Shown: piece after piece, positions 31,935-43,517 of the stretch | Numbering within the stretch: position 1 is the stretch's first letter | Layout: every line of letters starts with the position of its first letter | Assembly (NCBI GenBank): GCA_965207445.1 | Contig: CBDBLX010000002.1 | Coordinates: 576,001-640,000 of the forward strand | Direction: 5' to 3' | DNA from: Nitrosopumilus sp. | GTDB taxonomy: Archaea; Thermoproteota; Nitrososphaeria; Nitrososphaerales; Nitrosopumilaceae | DNA length: 64,000 nt | Program-made: the position numbers and the translations under genes | Notes under the pieces: generated by a model | What the model saw: only the letters and a program-made list of their open reading frames with translations | What the model was told of the DNA's origin: nothing | Database searches by the model: none

Positions 31935-32777
31935 CTATCCATATGATTCATATTTTATACTAAAACTACCGTCTGGCTTTTTATCGTGCTCTGTTACAAA
32001 ACCCTTTTCCCCTACTGCATCAATAACGCCATCAATTGTCCCCTGATATCCACATATGTATATTATCGTGTTCTCTGGTGTGATAGACTCACCTACCATC
32101 TCGTCTACAGGGGACAATCCTGTCTTTTTGTTTGGCACAAAGAACGATTCTACCCTTCCAGTATGTCCGCTCCATGATCTATTGAAAAACTCTTTTGGTC
32201 TGCTGATGGCTGCACTATACCTGAAATTCCATTCATCTCTTCCTCTCTTCTCACTTTCTATCTCTAAATCTGTGAGTAATCGTTTGTAACTAAGCTCATC
32301 TACATAACTTGCACCATGTAAAACTACAACCTCACGTTTGTCATTTGTGTCATGAAAGTGTTTTGCAAATGCAATAAATGGTGCTAGTCCCGTACCGCCT
32401 CCTACACATATTACTCTCCTGCTGTCCTTTTTACCGTTATGGAGTTTTTCACTTATCTGAAGCGCAGCACCTGTAGGCTCACCGAGCCAGACTTCATCCC
32501 CCACACTTGCATAAAATAACTCTGTTGTGACTCTACCTGGTAGTGGTTTTCTGACCCATCTGATTACAAACTCAAAATAGTCCTGATTCTCTGGATGCGA
32601 TGCTATTGAATATGCACGTCTAACAATCTTCTTTTCAGTTGGTATTGGTACGCCAATTGTGAGAAACTGCCCTGTCTTGTACTTTGGCATACCTGTCTCA
32701 GGTACTAGTCTGATTATAACTAGATCTTCTTTTAGTAGTTCTACATATGTGATCTTTGCCTTGACTTCACTTACCAT
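31935..32777 (-). CDS. fpr: Ferredoxin--NADP+ reductase (FAD/NAD-binding oxidoreductase)
   Basis: RRAYSIAS, GGGTGLAPF, YICG and terminal ESYG. Confidence 0.88.
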   Translation of the reverse strand: MVSEVKAKITYVELLKEDLVIIRLVPETGMPKYKTGQFLTIGVPIPTEKKIVRRAYSIASHPENQDYFEFVIRWVRKPLPGRVTTELFYASVGDEVWLGEPTGAALQISEKLHNGKKDSRRVICVGGGTGLAPFIAFAKHFHDTNDKREVVVLHGASYVDELSYKRLLTDLEIESEKRGRDEWNFRYSAAISRPKEFFNRSWSGHTGRVESFFVPNKKTGLSPVDEMVGESITPENTIIYICGYQGTIDGVIDAVGEKGFVTEHDKKPDGSFSIKYESYG

Positions 32778-32890
32778 TTACTTGATTTTTGTACCGTTGT
32801 TTAAAAAATATTGCTTTTGTGATTTTATCTGTGTTTGATCTCAAGTTGTTTGGCTCAATTGGCAGTCTTTGAGTATATTTTATTCACATA

Positions 32891-33856
32891 TTACAGAACG
32901 TTTGGTTTGAGAAATACTTTGAGCACATTATGTTGTTGTGCGTGTTTTATGGCCGCATCAAACTCATCAAGTGTAAATGTTGCATCTGCCATATAGTCGA
33001 CTAGAATGGTATTTTTTGCAAGCGCGTTTATTGCAGGCTCAAACAATCCACACCTAGATCCGACTAGTGTCACTTCATGTATTATTGCAGGTGTAATGTC
33101 GGCTTTGTTGTTTTGGGCTGTGGTAGATTTTAGTACTAGTGTACCTCGTGGTTTTACCAGTCTCATCGCATCTGTGAATCCTGATGGACTTCCTGCTGCT
33201 TCTATGACCATGTCAAAATTATTCATATCTGTGTCTTTGATGCCAATTTTAGTATGTATGTCAAACTCTCTTAATTTTGACATTTTTTTGCTATATCTGC
33301 CAAAACATGTCACGTCACTAGTTGGATATGTTGCTCTCATAACTTGTGATACTAGTTGTGCTAGTCTGCCATCTCCTACTATTGCAATTTTAGAATCTGG
33401 TTTGATTGACACTTGACTGCATATCTCAAAGGCGGCCGCTAGTGGTTCAATGAAGACTGCCTGTTTGTCGCTGATAAGATCTGGAATCACATGTAGGTTC
33501 TCTTTTGGAAGTGACAAATATTGTGCAAATGCACCATCGCGATTAAGTATGCCAAGTACTGTTCTAAATGGGCAGTGTCGTTGCATCGAGTTGTTACACA
33601 TGTGGCATCTCTTACATCCTACATTGATCTCCCCTACCACTCGCTTTCCGATCATCTCTGTATCTTTACATTCTTTCACAACTCCAACAAACTCGTGGCC
33701 TGGCACTCCCGTGTATCCCATATACCCATTTAACATCTCAAGATCTGTTCCACATATTCCTGCAAGTGATACTTTGATTATGGTCTCATTATTTGCAGGA
33801 TGAGGATAATCTGATCTAAGAGATGGCTTTGAGTTCTCAAGATATACTGCTTTCAT
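32891..33856 (-). CDS. Zinc-dependent alcohol dehydrogenase (MDR family)
   Basis: GICGTD, GHEFVG, CKRCHMC...C and GDGRLA. Confidence 0.92.
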   Translation of the reverse strand: MKAVYLENSKPSLRSDYPHPANNETIIKVSLAGICGTDLEMLNGYMGYTGVPGHEFVGVVKECKDTEMIGKRVVGEINVGCKRCHMCNNSMQRHCPFRTVLGILNRDGAFAQYLSLPKENLHVIPDLISDKQAVFIEPLAAAFEICSQVSIKPDSKIAIVGDGRLAQLVSQVMRATYPTSDVTCFGRYSKKMSKLREFDIHTKIGIKDTDMNNFDMVIEAAGSPSGFTDAMRLVKPRGTLVLKSTTAQNNKADITPAIIHEVTLVGSRCGLFEPAINALAKNTILVDYMADATFTLDEFDAAIKHAQQHNVLKVFLKPNVL

Positions 33857-34055
33857 TGTGTGTACACACGGTGTTCAATTTAAAGATGTATTGTTGGTCA
33901 TTACAATGTTTATATATTATTTGCCTATTTTTTATAAACAATTATACAAATCATGTTTTGATCAAATGTGCGATTATTGTTGTGGTTTGTTTTACTAAAT
34001 ATCACGTAAATTCCAAAATTGGATATATAATCATATATAATTATATATAATAGTA

Positions 34056-34871
34056 TTAATGTATGGGTTTTATCTTTGATGTAATTTCATCTAACATGCT
34101 TTTATTTGATGCCATGATAAATGATATTCTTGTATTGTAACTCAACTCTGCATCTAGTGGTTCCAAATTCTCATCAAGTAAAAGCCCTCTTGCCTCTTTT
34201 ACAATTATGTATCCTGCTGCAATATCTTGTATCCTTATTTTACCTCTTATGTCCACAAACGCATCAAACAACCCTCGAGCAAAATGTGCCATCTCAAGTG
34301 CGTTTGCACCAAAATGCCTTATGTGATAGTTGTCCTCAAAGAGTGGTTGTAATCTATTGAGCAATTCTGATGACGCGCCTGACAAGTTTATTCCTACGAT
34401 CTTGTAAATTGGATCTCTGTTTCGTACATGTATCTTGTCGTTGTTCAAAAATGCACCATTTTTTGCACTTGCCCAATACATGTCACCGTTAGTCAAGTCA
34501 GTTACTACTCCTGCTGATACAGATTTGAGACTGTTACTAGTTGCAAATGCAAGAGAACTACAAAAGAATGGAACGCCTCTAACTGCATTAGCTGACCCGT
34601 CAATTGCATCCATTATTATATAGCCGCTTGGATTTTCCCCTATCTCTACTCTACCGCATTCCTCACCTAGTACTGTGTATGACGCATCTCTCTCTTTGAG
34701 ATAGTCTAGAACCGTCTTTTCTGCTACAATATCTATCTTCCTTGATACGTCACCGCCTGCACCTATACCATGACTGCTCTCTGCATCTATGGTTCCTGCC
34801 ATTTCATTTACATTGGAATATATCTGCTGTGATACTTCTTTGAGAATCTCAATAATACTCTCTTTTGTCAT
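34056..34871 (-). CDS. Inositol monophosphatase / FBPase class IV family protein
   Basis: GEE, DAIDGSAN and DIAAGYIIVKEA. Confidence 0.9.
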   Translation of the reverse strand: MTKESIIEILKEVSQQIYSNVNEMAGTIDAESSHGIGAGGDVSRKIDIVAEKTVLDYLKERDASYTVLGEECGRVEIGENPSGYIIMDAIDGSANAVRGVPFFCSSLAFATSNSLKSVSAGVVTDLTNGDMYWASAKNGAFLNNDKIHVRNRDPIYKIVGINLSGASSELLNRLQPLFEDNYHIRHFGANALEMAHFARGLFDAFVDIRGKIRIQDIAAGYIIVKEARGLLLDENLEPLDAELSYNTRISFIMASNKSMLDEITSKIKPIH

Positions 34872-35049
34872 ATGTTTGGTGTGATGTGTCGTAATTTAAA
34901 CAAGTGCAATCTTTCGTCATGTGTTTGTCTAATGTATGATAAGACTGTGATCAAAAGAATACTCTGAATATGATATTTTGCGAAAATACATTTGGGGTTG
35001 TTACATATACGAGATAAAAGATAAAAAAGCCCATGCAATTAAACAAATT

Positions 35050-35331
35050 ATGAGCAGACTATGTACCAAATGTAAAGATACAATACCTGATTCTGAGGTA
35101 CTTGATCCAGTTGCAGAAAAATACCCTGTATGTAACAAATGTTGGGCAGAATGGAAAGAGTATCGTGTAATGGTGATAAATGAGATGCGACTTGATATGT
35201 CGATGCCAGATCATAGAAAATTAGTTCGCAAACACGAAAAGATCTTTGCAGGTGTAATGTCACCTGACGGTGAGATAATTGACTTTACAAACGAGGATAA
35301 CCGACGTCCTGATGATCCGCCACCATCCTGA
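35050..35331 (+). CDS. Fe(II)-trafficking (YggX-like) protein
   Basis: CNKCWAEWKEYRVMVINEMRLDM. Confidence 0.78.
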   Translation: MSRLCTKCKDTIPDSEVLDPVAEKYPVCNKCWAEWKEYRVMVINEMRLDMSMPDHRKLVRKHEKIFAGVMSPDGEIIDFTNEDNRRPDDPPPS

Positions 35332-35343
35332 TTATGGTGAGTT

Positions 35344-35403
35344 ATACCTTGTTTTTGATACCTTGTTTTTGATACCTTGTTTTTGATACCTTGTTTTTGA
35401 TAC
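35344..35403. repeat. 14-bp tandem repeat (ATACCTTGTTTTTG) x4
   Basis: Read directly from the sequence. Confidence 0.95.
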
Positions 35404-35504
35404 TAAACAATGGACAAGCATACAAAAAGTCATCTTTTTTATGAATTACACTGATATTTTATCTCTGTTGAATACATAAATACAAAATTGAGCTTGCGCA
35501 TATT

Positions 35505-36629
35505 GTGCTAGGCAAAAATCAATCTGTATTTGAAAAGAGCATACTTGCAAGCACAAAACCTGGCAAGCAGATAATACGCCAACGATTATTCAAATCAAAA
35601 GGGTACAAATTATTTGATAAATACAAGACTGAATCTGAGGAAAACTTTTCAGACTTTGCAGCACGTTTTACCGCAGACCTGCACAAAGAGATTACCCTTG
35701 ACTCGTCTACATCATCTACCTTGCAATCGTTTGTAGATGAGGTAAACTCTGATGAGATGGCGCTCTCCTCATCAGAAATTGATCATACAAAGCAACGACT
35801 TGAATCAATAGAGTCACTACGTATTAGAGTAGACCGAATACTTGACTCTAACTTTGTTAAAATGACATTTCCTGTATTCAATGCATTGTATGATGGTGCT
35901 TCTGAATTGTATGAAAAAGGTACAAATGATACCCATAGTGATTTGCGCCGTGATATAGTAGAAGGGCACATTCTCGCAATTGATCTAAGTGAGCCGATGG
36001 ATCGTATAGTTGACAAGGATGAGGACTTGGAATTTCTTGATGATTACAAGCTCATGAATCCATACATCTTACGTCTTGCTCGAAGTCGCATATCAAAAGC
36101 AGGTGATCACGTGTTGGCATCATTTGAGCAAGGGTTCAAAGATGCTCGGCTAGGCCAAGACTTGGATGAGAATCTAAAGTCACAACCTTCTAGCATCACT
36201 GAGGATGATATGACTATATCTTACAAGAAATATCGTGCTGTAATGGGCACTGCTGGACGCAACATGGCGCTTGCAGAACGTCCACTTGGGGATATATTCT
36301 ATCTTGGAATGGCAAAGACTGCTGAAGGCGTTGGATGTGGAAACGAGATTGAAGACTCTATTCGTGATCGCGCAGTAAAGATTCCATCATGGCCATTATA
36401 TTATTCAGTACTATCTGGAAGCTCACGCACTGGATTTGCCGCTGCATTTGAAAAGGGTAATCTCTATCTCCAAGATGCACGGCTTGCAATATCTTTACTT
36501 CCTGAGAATTTTGCAAATACTGCATTATTGGAATTTTTGTTTATTTCGATGGAACATTATAACACGTATTGGCATGATCAATTGTTAAAGCTTGGGGCGT
36601 GGGATGAGTTTGATTCTAGTTTGCCTTGA
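35505..36629 (+). CDS. Hypothetical protein
   Basis: 374-aa ORF with normal coding composition; no motif recognised. Confidence 0.8.
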   Translation: MLGKNQSVFEKSILASTKPGKQIIRQRLFKSKGYKLFDKYKTESEENFSDFAARFTADLHKEITLDSSTSSTLQSFVDEVNSDEMALSSSEIDHTKQRLESIESLRIRVDRILDSNFVKMTFPVFNALYDGASELYEKGTNDTHSDLRRDIVEGHILAIDLSEPMDRIVDKDEDLEFLDDYKLMNPYILRLARSRISKAGDHVLASFEQGFKDARLGQDLDENLKSQPSSITEDDMTISYKKYRAVMGTAGRNMALAERPLGDIFYLGMAKTAEGVGCGNEIEDSIRDRAVKIPSWPLYYSVLSGSSRTGFAAAFEKGNLYLQDARLAISLLPENFANTALLEFLFISMEHYNTYWHDQLLKLGAWDEFDSSLP

Positions 36630-36677
36630 TGTGGGGGGGGGGGGGGGGGGGGTAATGTGTGGGGTGTGGTGTATTAG

Positions 36678-37907
36678 TTGATCTGGTCTGATAAATACCG
36701 TCCTAGCTCTATTTCCAAAATGATTGGAAATCCTGACGCACGGTCTGTTATGGTAAAATGGCTTGCAGACTGGAAACCAAATGCAAAGCCAATGTTGTTG
36801 GTAGGTCCGCCTGGTATTGGCAAGACCACAATGGCATTTTTACTTGCAGAGCAGTTTGGATATGATATGGTTGGATTGAATGCAAGTGATGTTCGCAACA
36901 AATCAAAAATAAATGAGATACTCGGACCCGTATTGGGAAACCTCGCAGTCACTGACAAGCCATCTATTGTATTCATCGATGAGGTTGATGGTATCCATGG
37001 ACGTAGTGACTATGGTGGTGCATCGGCTCTTGTTGATATATTGAAAAGAGCAAATGTTCCCGTAATACTTGCCGCAAACGATGCTTCATCAGATAAACTA
37101 AAACCCATAATCAAAATTACCGACGTCGTAGAGTTTAAACGCATACCACCACGACTCTTAAAGATGTATCTGCAACATATCATTAATTGTGAGGATACAA
37201 AAAAGCCTGACAGTACTGCCAAGACTATGACGTATGGACTACTCATCAAGATAATAAATAGATCAAAAGGAGACATACGCTCTATGATAAATTTGGCACA
37301 GTCATATGCAACTGGATTCAACCCTGCCACAGAAACATCAGTTGAGTTACTTACATCTGAGCAGGCCATATCTGCATTCTTTAAAGCTCCGTCCATGTTT
37401 GATGCACTAGATATTTTACACCGTATGCCATCTGATCCACGTGAAAAGATAAATGCCTTTTACTCTAGTATAATAACTAGTACTGATCTTACGCCTATGC
37501 AATTGGTTGCTCTACTTTCTGTTATAGCCGACGCTGATGTTTTATATGGTCGTATACTGCGTAATCAAAATTGGAGATTGTTGCGTTATCTCAATGGTAT
37601 TCTTATCAATATGTATACTATATTTAATAGACCTGATATCATAAAGAATGATAATGCAGTTAAATATTCACAGTATAACATTTCATGGCCTCTTTTGTCT
37701 CGTATCAGATTCGATGGTGCCAAGATCAAATTACTTGCTGCTGATATGGGTTCTGCATTACATGTGTCCTCTAGTGTGTTTGGTGCATTGTATATGCCAT
37801 ACATGTTATTTTGTCTCAAAAAAGGAATGCTTGAAATGCCTGATTCTAAAGAAGATGCACATGCAGAAATACTTGCAAAAGAGGTTCAACGACTTGCTTC
37901 AATGTAA
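36678..37907 (+). CDS. rfcL: Replication factor C large subunit
   Basis: WSDKYRP, GPPGIGKTT, LNASDVR, IDEVDG and GDIRSMIN. Confidence 0.9.
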   Translation: MIWSDKYRPSSISKMIGNPDARSVMVKWLADWKPNAKPMLLVGPPGIGKTTMAFLLAEQFGYDMVGLNASDVRNKSKINEILGPVLGNLAVTDKPSIVFIDEVDGIHGRSDYGGASALVDILKRANVPVILAANDASSDKLKPIIKITDVVEFKRIPPRLLKMYLQHIINCEDTKKPDSTAKTMTYGLLIKIINRSKGDIRSMINLAQSYATGFNPATETSVELLTSEQAISAFFKAPSMFDALDILHRMPSDPREKINAFYSSIITSTDLTPMQLVALLSVIADADVLYGRILRNQNWRLLRYLNGILINMYTIFNRPDIIKNDNAVKYSQYNISWPLLSRIRFDGAKIKLLAADMGSALHVSSSVFGALYMPYMLFCLKKGMLEMPDSKEDAHAEILAKEVQRLASM

Positions 37908-37994
37908 TGGTACATGTGATGATATGTGTAATGGTACATGTGATGATACGTGTAATGGTATGTGTAATGGTATGTGTAATGGTACATGTAATGT
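37901..37994. repeat. Imperfect TGTAATGGTA(C)-type tandem repeat after rfcL
   Basis: Read directly from the sequence. Confidence 0.85.
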
Positions 37995-38106
37995 GAGGTG
38001 TTTGCAACAATACAATTGCACAGTTGAGATATCTTATATCAGATATAATATTATATGTGATACTATGTCTAATTTTATTAACAATAAAAAAAGAGTTGTA
38101 TAATAC

Positions 38107-38508
38107 GTGGCTTGGATAAAACTTACCATGAAATTTCCAGGCAAATGCATGGAATGTGGAAAACCTATACCCGCAGGACAGCCGGGATTGTGGTTAAAAG
38201 GCGTGGGTGTTAAACACGTACAGTGTGCCACTTCTGAGGATATGGATTCATCAGATACCTCTGTACCTGTTGTTAATCGTATAATGTGTTCTTTATGTGG
38301 TAAATCTGCTGGATGCTCAGAGTGTGAATTTCAAGACAATTGTGACATTGCAAATGTATCTCCATCTTGTCTGTGTGCACCATGCAGTCAAAAAAATGAT
38401 GTACTGTCTTTGTATCATGTATCAGTTGGAAAAAAGTTTCCTATTTTGATTGAAGATGCGCCTAAAAAAGACACTAGCCCAAAGTATACTAATGCACGTC
38501 TCTTCTAA
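38107..38508 (+). CDS. Cys-rich zinc-finger hypothetical protein
   Basis: MKFPGKCMECG...HVQC and several CxxC pairs. Confidence 0.8.
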   Translation: MAWIKLTMKFPGKCMECGKPIPAGQPGLWLKGVGVKHVQCATSEDMDSSDTSVPVVNRIMCSLCGKSAGCSECEFQDNCDIANVSPSCLCAPCSQKNDVLSLYHVSVGKKFPILIEDAPKKDTSPKYTNARLF

Positions 38509-38904
38509 GTTTTCTTTTACAACCAAAGTATCAGTTTGAATTATGATGCTCGCAGGCTGTGAGATATATCACGCGAGCTGGAATGTCACGTTTGAACAAT
38601 GAAATCTGGATACCTGATAGGTTCTCTTGCAAACGCAGTTGATCGGTGTTTATATGAATTTTTTATTTGAATTTGATATTTGAGGCTGAAAAATGTAAAT
38701 TTTTAGTACTTTTTTGTGTGACTGTGACGATGGTTTGGAATAGGAATTAGTTAGAGTTGGTATCAAAAAGACAAACGAGTTTATCTTGAAGAAATTGAGT
38801 TGTATGCCAAATGATAGTTTGATTTGGCATCAAAACACAAACAGATGTAGAGTGTTTGTATATATGATGTGTAATGTGTAGAATCTGACAATTCAGGCAG
38901 AGGA

Positions 38905-39110
38905 ACATATGGATGCGTTTTGAATGAACGTTATCCAAGCATAACAACTATCTGCAAGATCAGAGCCTTTTACTGGTATAATGTCAATTTCAATTGACTT
39001 GGCAGGTGTCATGTTGTTTTTGAGGCTTGTGTGTTTTCTAAAAAAAGTTATGATATACTATATCAGACGTAAGAGTCCCAGGGTCCTCTGATTTTAGTCC
39101 ACGTACACAC
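38905..39110 (-). pseudogene. C-terminal remnant of an IS6-like transposase
   Basis: Fragments VRGLKSED / IVYHNF / RKHTSLKNNMTPA / AWITFIQNA align with the C-terminus of the 45098..46885 transposase. Confidence 0.65.
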
Positions 39111-39533
39111 TTGATGGGGGCAGAAATGACAGTAAAACTACTGTATACTGGCATTCTGAGAAATTTTTTTGTGTAGGGTTCTGATAGTAAATGAACATGT
39201 ACATGCTGATTAATCGTCGTCGTCGTTGTATGACTCGCGCAATAACATCCTGTGGGGCGTCATCCGGCAGCGAGCCAAGACATGCAGGCCGGTGTCATGT
39301 GTGGTCTTGCTTTCATGGTACGACCTGCAGAAGGTCTGTTGATTACCAATATTTCACATAGCACCTACAGTGATGGTGATCAATATAATGTGGTCTGCTT
39401 GCGCCCAGTCCGTCAGATGTTTGGCGCACGCGGTGAAATACATGTGCAGGGTATAACTTGCCAATAATTAACACAAGGATACTAGTAATGATTACCATCT
39501 AATTAATATTATGCCACCCAACACTATAATTAT

Positions 39534-41081
39534 ATGCATGCTGAAAAACTTGATACTTTTGGAAAGAAAAGAGAGACTGCTCTGAATGGAGGCGGTTCTG
39601 ATAAAATTAACGCACAACATGAAAAAGGCAAACTTACTGCTCGTGAGCGAATTAATCTCTTACTTGATGAAGGTACATTTGTAGAGGTGGATCCACTTGC
39701 CACCCATCACTATCATGAATATGACATGCAAAAGAAAAAATTTTTCACTGACGGTGTAGTTGGTGGATATGGAAATGTTGCAGGAAGGCAGACATTTGTA
39801 TTTGCATATGATTTTACAGTTTTGGGCGGTACACTCAGCCAAATGGGTGCAAAAAAGATAACAAAACTAATGGATCATGCACTTCGTACAGGATGTCCAA
39901 TAATAGGAATAATGGACTCTGGTGGTGCACGTATACAAGAAGGAATAATGAGTCTTGATGGTTTTGCTGACATATTTTACCACAATCAGCTTGCATCTGG
40001 TGTAATTCCTCAGATAACTGCTAGTATTGGACCATCGGCTGGTGGTTCTGTGTACTCACCTGCAATGACTGACTTTGTAATTATGGTTCAAAAAGTAGGT
40101 ACAATGTTTGTGACTGGTCCTGATGTTGTAAAGACTGTACTTGGTGAGGAAATATCATTTGATGATCTTGGCGGTGCCACTACACATGGTGCCAAAAGTG
40201 GCGTTGCCCATTTTGTTGCAAACAACGAGTATGAATGCATGGATCACATACGCACACTCTTGTCATACTTGCCTCAGAACAACTCTCAAGGACCTGATTC
40301 GATTAAATCAAATGATGATCCGAACAGACTAGATCACAATCTAATTAATATATTGCCAGAAAATCCATTACAGCCATATGATATGAAAGATATCATAAAT
40401 GTAATTGTTGATGATCATACATTTTTTGAAGTACATGAACTCTTTGCACCAAATATAGTAGTTGGCTTTGCACGAATGGACGGTAAAGTTGTAGGTATTG
40501 TCGCAAACAACCCAATGCACCTTGCAGGAGCATTAGACATTGACTCTTCAAACAAAGCAGCACGTTTTGTCAGATTTTGTGATGCATTCTCAATACCATT
40601 GATCACCCTTGTTGATACTCCGGGATATATGCCAGGTTCCAATCAAGAGCACAATGGAATTATCCGACATGGTAGCAAGCTTCTTTATGCGTACTGTGAA
40701 GCGACGGTCCCAAAGATTACTCTAGTTGTGGGAAAGGCTTATGGTGGTGCATACATTGCTATGGCAAGCAAAAATCTCAGAACAGATATCAACTATGCAT
40801 GGCCAACTGCTCGATGTGCTGTGTTAGGTGGTGAGGCTGCTGTCAAGATAATGTATAGAAAAGAACTACAGACTGCAAATGACCCTGACTCTTTTAAAAA
40901 GGAATTGATAGATGAGTTTGTCGAAAAATTTGAAAACCCATATGTTGCTGCATCATATGGCACAGTTGATAATGTAATTGACCCTTCAGAGACGCGTCCG
41001 ATGCTCATAAAGGCCTTGAACATGTTAGAGGGCAAACGTGAGCGTCAACTACCCCGAAAACATGGGAACATAAACTTGTGA
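39534..41081 (+). CDS. pccB: Acetyl-/propionyl-CoA carboxylase carboxyltransferase subunit (3HP/4HB cycle)
   Basis: GKLTARER, DSGGARIQEG, KAYGGAY and KHGNINL. Confidence 0.95.
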   Translation: MHAEKLDTFGKKRETALNGGGSDKINAQHEKGKLTARERINLLLDEGTFVEVDPLATHHYHEYDMQKKKFFTDGVVGGYGNVAGRQTFVFAYDFTVLGGTLSQMGAKKITKLMDHALRTGCPIIGIMDSGGARIQEGIMSLDGFADIFYHNQLASGVIPQITASIGPSAGGSVYSPAMTDFVIMVQKVGTMFVTGPDVVKTVLGEEISFDDLGGATTHGAKSGVAHFVANNEYECMDHIRTLLSYLPQNNSQGPDSIKSNDDPNRLDHNLINILPENPLQPYDMKDIINVIVDDHTFFEVHELFAPNIVVGFARMDGKVVGIVANNPMHLAGALDIDSSNKAARFVRFCDAFSIPLITLVDTPGYMPGSNQEHNGIIRHGSKLLYAYCEATVPKITLVVGKAYGGAYIAMASKNLRTDINYAWPTARCAVLGGEAAVKIMYRKELQTANDPDSFKKELIDEFVEKFENPYVAASYGTVDNVIDPSETRPMLIKALNMLEGKRERQLPRKHGNINL

Positions 41082-41094
41082 GTGGTGTTGGTAA

Positions 41095-42627
41095 ATGATA
41101 GAAAAAGTCTTGATTGCAAACAGAGGTGAGATTGCACTTCGAGTAATTCGTACATGCCGTGTATTAGGAATCAAGACTGTTGCTGTATATTCTGATGAGG
41201 ATACAAACTCACTTCATGTAAAGCAAGCAAGTGAATCATACCATATAGGTGAAGCTGCTCCTGCAAAATCATACCTTAATCAGGACGAAATTTTGGACGT
41301 TATATTGTCATCTGGTTCTGATGCTGTGCATCCTGGATACGGATTTCTCTCTGAGAATGATGACTTTGCAAGACTGTGTGAAAAGAACTCGATTAACTTT
41401 ATTGGACCTAGTGCAGACTCTATGAATCTGTGTGGTGACAAGATGCGTTGCAAGGCAGCAATGCTAAAGGCAAACGTACCTACTGTACCTGGTAGCCCTG
41501 ACTTGGTCAAGGATGTTGATGAGGCCTTGTCGATTGCAAATGACATTGGTTATCCGGTACTCTTAAAGTCTGTATATGGTGGTGGTGGTCGCGGAATTCG
41601 ATTGGCAACAAATGATGCAGAACTACGATCAGGTTATGAATCAGTTACAGGTGAATCTATTGCAGCAGTAGGAAAATCTGCAATCTTGGTTGAAAAATTT
41701 CTAGAGCGGACTCGTCATATAGAATATCAGATGGCTCGTGACACAAAGGGCAATACAGTTCATCTCTTTGAGCGTGAGTGTTCTATTCAGAGAAGAAATC
41801 AAAAACTAATAGAGCAGACGCCATCCCCAGTAGTTGACGCTGAGACTCGAGAGCGCATAGGCGCAATTGTATGTGATGCTGCGCGCGCAGTCGATTATAC
41901 AAATCTAGGAACGGCGGAATTTTTGCGCTCTGATGAAGGTGAATTTTACTTTATAGAGATAAATGCCCGACTCCAAGTAGAACATCCAATAACTGAATAT
42001 GTGTCTGGACTGGATCTTGTAAAGTTACAAATAGATATTGCAAATGGTGAGCCATTACCATTTGAACAAAAAGATTTGGTTATGAATGGGTATGCAATCG
42101 AGTGTAGAATAAATGCCGAAGATACATTTCTTGACTTTGCACCTTCAACAGGACCGGTACCTGACGTGGAGATTCCCTCGGGGCCATGTGTACGTTGTGA
42201 CACGTATTTGTATCCTGGTTGTACAGTATCTCCATTTTATGATTCGTTGATGGCAAAACTCGTCACGTGGGGTCAAACATTTGAAGAGTCTCGAACTCGT
42301 ATGCTTGCGGCACTTGATGACTTTTACATACGTGGTGTTGAGACATCGATTCCTCTTTATAAGACTATATTGCGCTCAAAAGAGTACAAAGAGGGGAAAC
42401 TATCAACTGACTTTTTGAAGAGATATGATATGATAAACCGACTTGAAGCTGATATAAAATCTGACAAGATATCAAAAGCAGATGCAGCACTTGCCGCAGC
42501 TGTTGTGCATGCAGAATTTTTGAAAAGCCGAGCTAGTAATCATAATAATAACAACAACAACAACGACAACAACACCAACAAAAATGATGAAAACCATAAT
42601 CATTGGAGGAGTATGTTGTATCGATGA
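41095..42627 (+). CDS. accC: Biotin carboxylase subunit
   Basis: IANRGEIA, HPGYGFLSEN, GGGGRG, RECSIQRR and EINARLQVEH. Confidence 0.96.
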   Translation: MIEKVLIANRGEIALRVIRTCRVLGIKTVAVYSDEDTNSLHVKQASESYHIGEAAPAKSYLNQDEILDVILSSGSDAVHPGYGFLSENDDFARLCEKNSINFIGPSADSMNLCGDKMRCKAAMLKANVPTVPGSPDLVKDVDEALSIANDIGYPVLLKSVYGGGGRGIRLATNDAELRSGYESVTGESIAAVGKSAILVEKFLERTRHIEYQMARDTKGNTVHLFERECSIQRRNQKLIEQTPSPVVDAETRERIGAIVCDAARAVDYTNLGTAEFLRSDEGEFYFIEINARLQVEHPITEYVSGLDLVKLQIDIANGEPLPFEQKDLVMNGYAIECRINAEDTFLDFAPSTGPVPDVEIPSGPCVRCDTYLYPGCTVSPFYDSLMAKLVTWGQTFEESRTRMLAALDDFYIRGVETSIPLYKTILRSKEYKEGKLSTDFLKRYDMINRLEADIKSDKISKADAALAAAVVHAEFLKSRASNHNNNNNNNDNNTNKNDENHNHWRSMLYR

Positions 42628-43160
42628 CTAGTACAAAATATGTGATAGATGGTATTGATACTACTGGTACATTTGATGCCAGTCTGAAAGATGACCTTGG
42701 AGGCGGAGAGTACACAGTCGGTATTAACGGTGCAGATCGTATCTTGCGTATATTGAATCTTAAATCTGATGGAATTGAGTTTATGCTTGATAACGTATAT
42801 CACAAAGTAAAGTACATCTCACGTACAACTAGGGAGATTTCACTACTAATTGATGGTGTGCCGATCTCACTTGGAATGCACGCTGAATTAGATGAGATCG
42901 TATTCAAGAACTCTGGTGGTGTTGGGGGCTCTGGTACAAGTAATGCACAAATCTCACTACAGAGTCAGATACCTGGCAAGGTTGTATCAATAGCTGTATC
43001 TGAGGGTGACTCTGTCAAGAAAGGTGATGTGGTGTGTACTTTGGAATCGATGAAGATGCAAGTAGCCATCAAGTCACATAAAGACGGTGAGATAAAGTCA
43101 ATCAAAGTAAAAGAGTCTGCAAATGTTGCAAAGGGCGACATTATAGCTGACATTGAATGA
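42624..43160 (+). CDS. accB: Biotin carboxyl carrier protein
   Basis: LESMKMQ biotinylation motif. Confidence 0.93.
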   Translation: MTSTKYVIDGIDTTGTFDASLKDDLGGGEYTVGINGADRILRILNLKSDGIEFMLDNVYHKVKYISRTTREISLLIDGVPISLGMHAELDEIVFKNSGGVGGSGTSNAQISLQSQIPGKVVSIAVSEGDSVKKGDVVCTLESMKMQVAIKSHKDGEIKSIKVKESANVAKGDIIADIE

Positions 43161-43460
43161 CATTTTTTGTAAGTTATATCTCATATTTGTAGTGCTTTGT
43201 GGTGTGGTATTTTTTCATCTACGTAACATCAAAATATACATATTATACACGGTACATTATTTGAGTATTATACATGCATGTAATGGATGCAGCTAAGTGA
43301 ATCTCAAATATATTAACTATATATGATCAATTAGAATATACAGTCAGATATTTTATATCTTCTTGCCGTATCTGATGATGATGTATAGATTGTAATTTTT
43401 GTTCTCAGTCAAAAAAAAAAGTGACGTAAAGCCTATGGAATGTTTGCGCATGTTCTAGTC

Positions 43461-43517
43461 GTGTCGTGTATCTGTTACCGTGTAGTGTCGTGTATCTGTT
43501 ACCGTGCAGTGTCGTGT
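43461..43517. repeat. 24-bp tandem repeat x2.4
   Basis: Unit GTGTCGTGTATCTGTTACCGTG(T/C)A. Confidence 0.9.

Noticed and set aside
39200..39470. GC-richer patch / 71-aa ORF upstream of pccB as a riboswitch or gene
   Set aside because: No recognisable RNA motif or protein signature; possibly decayed foreign DNA
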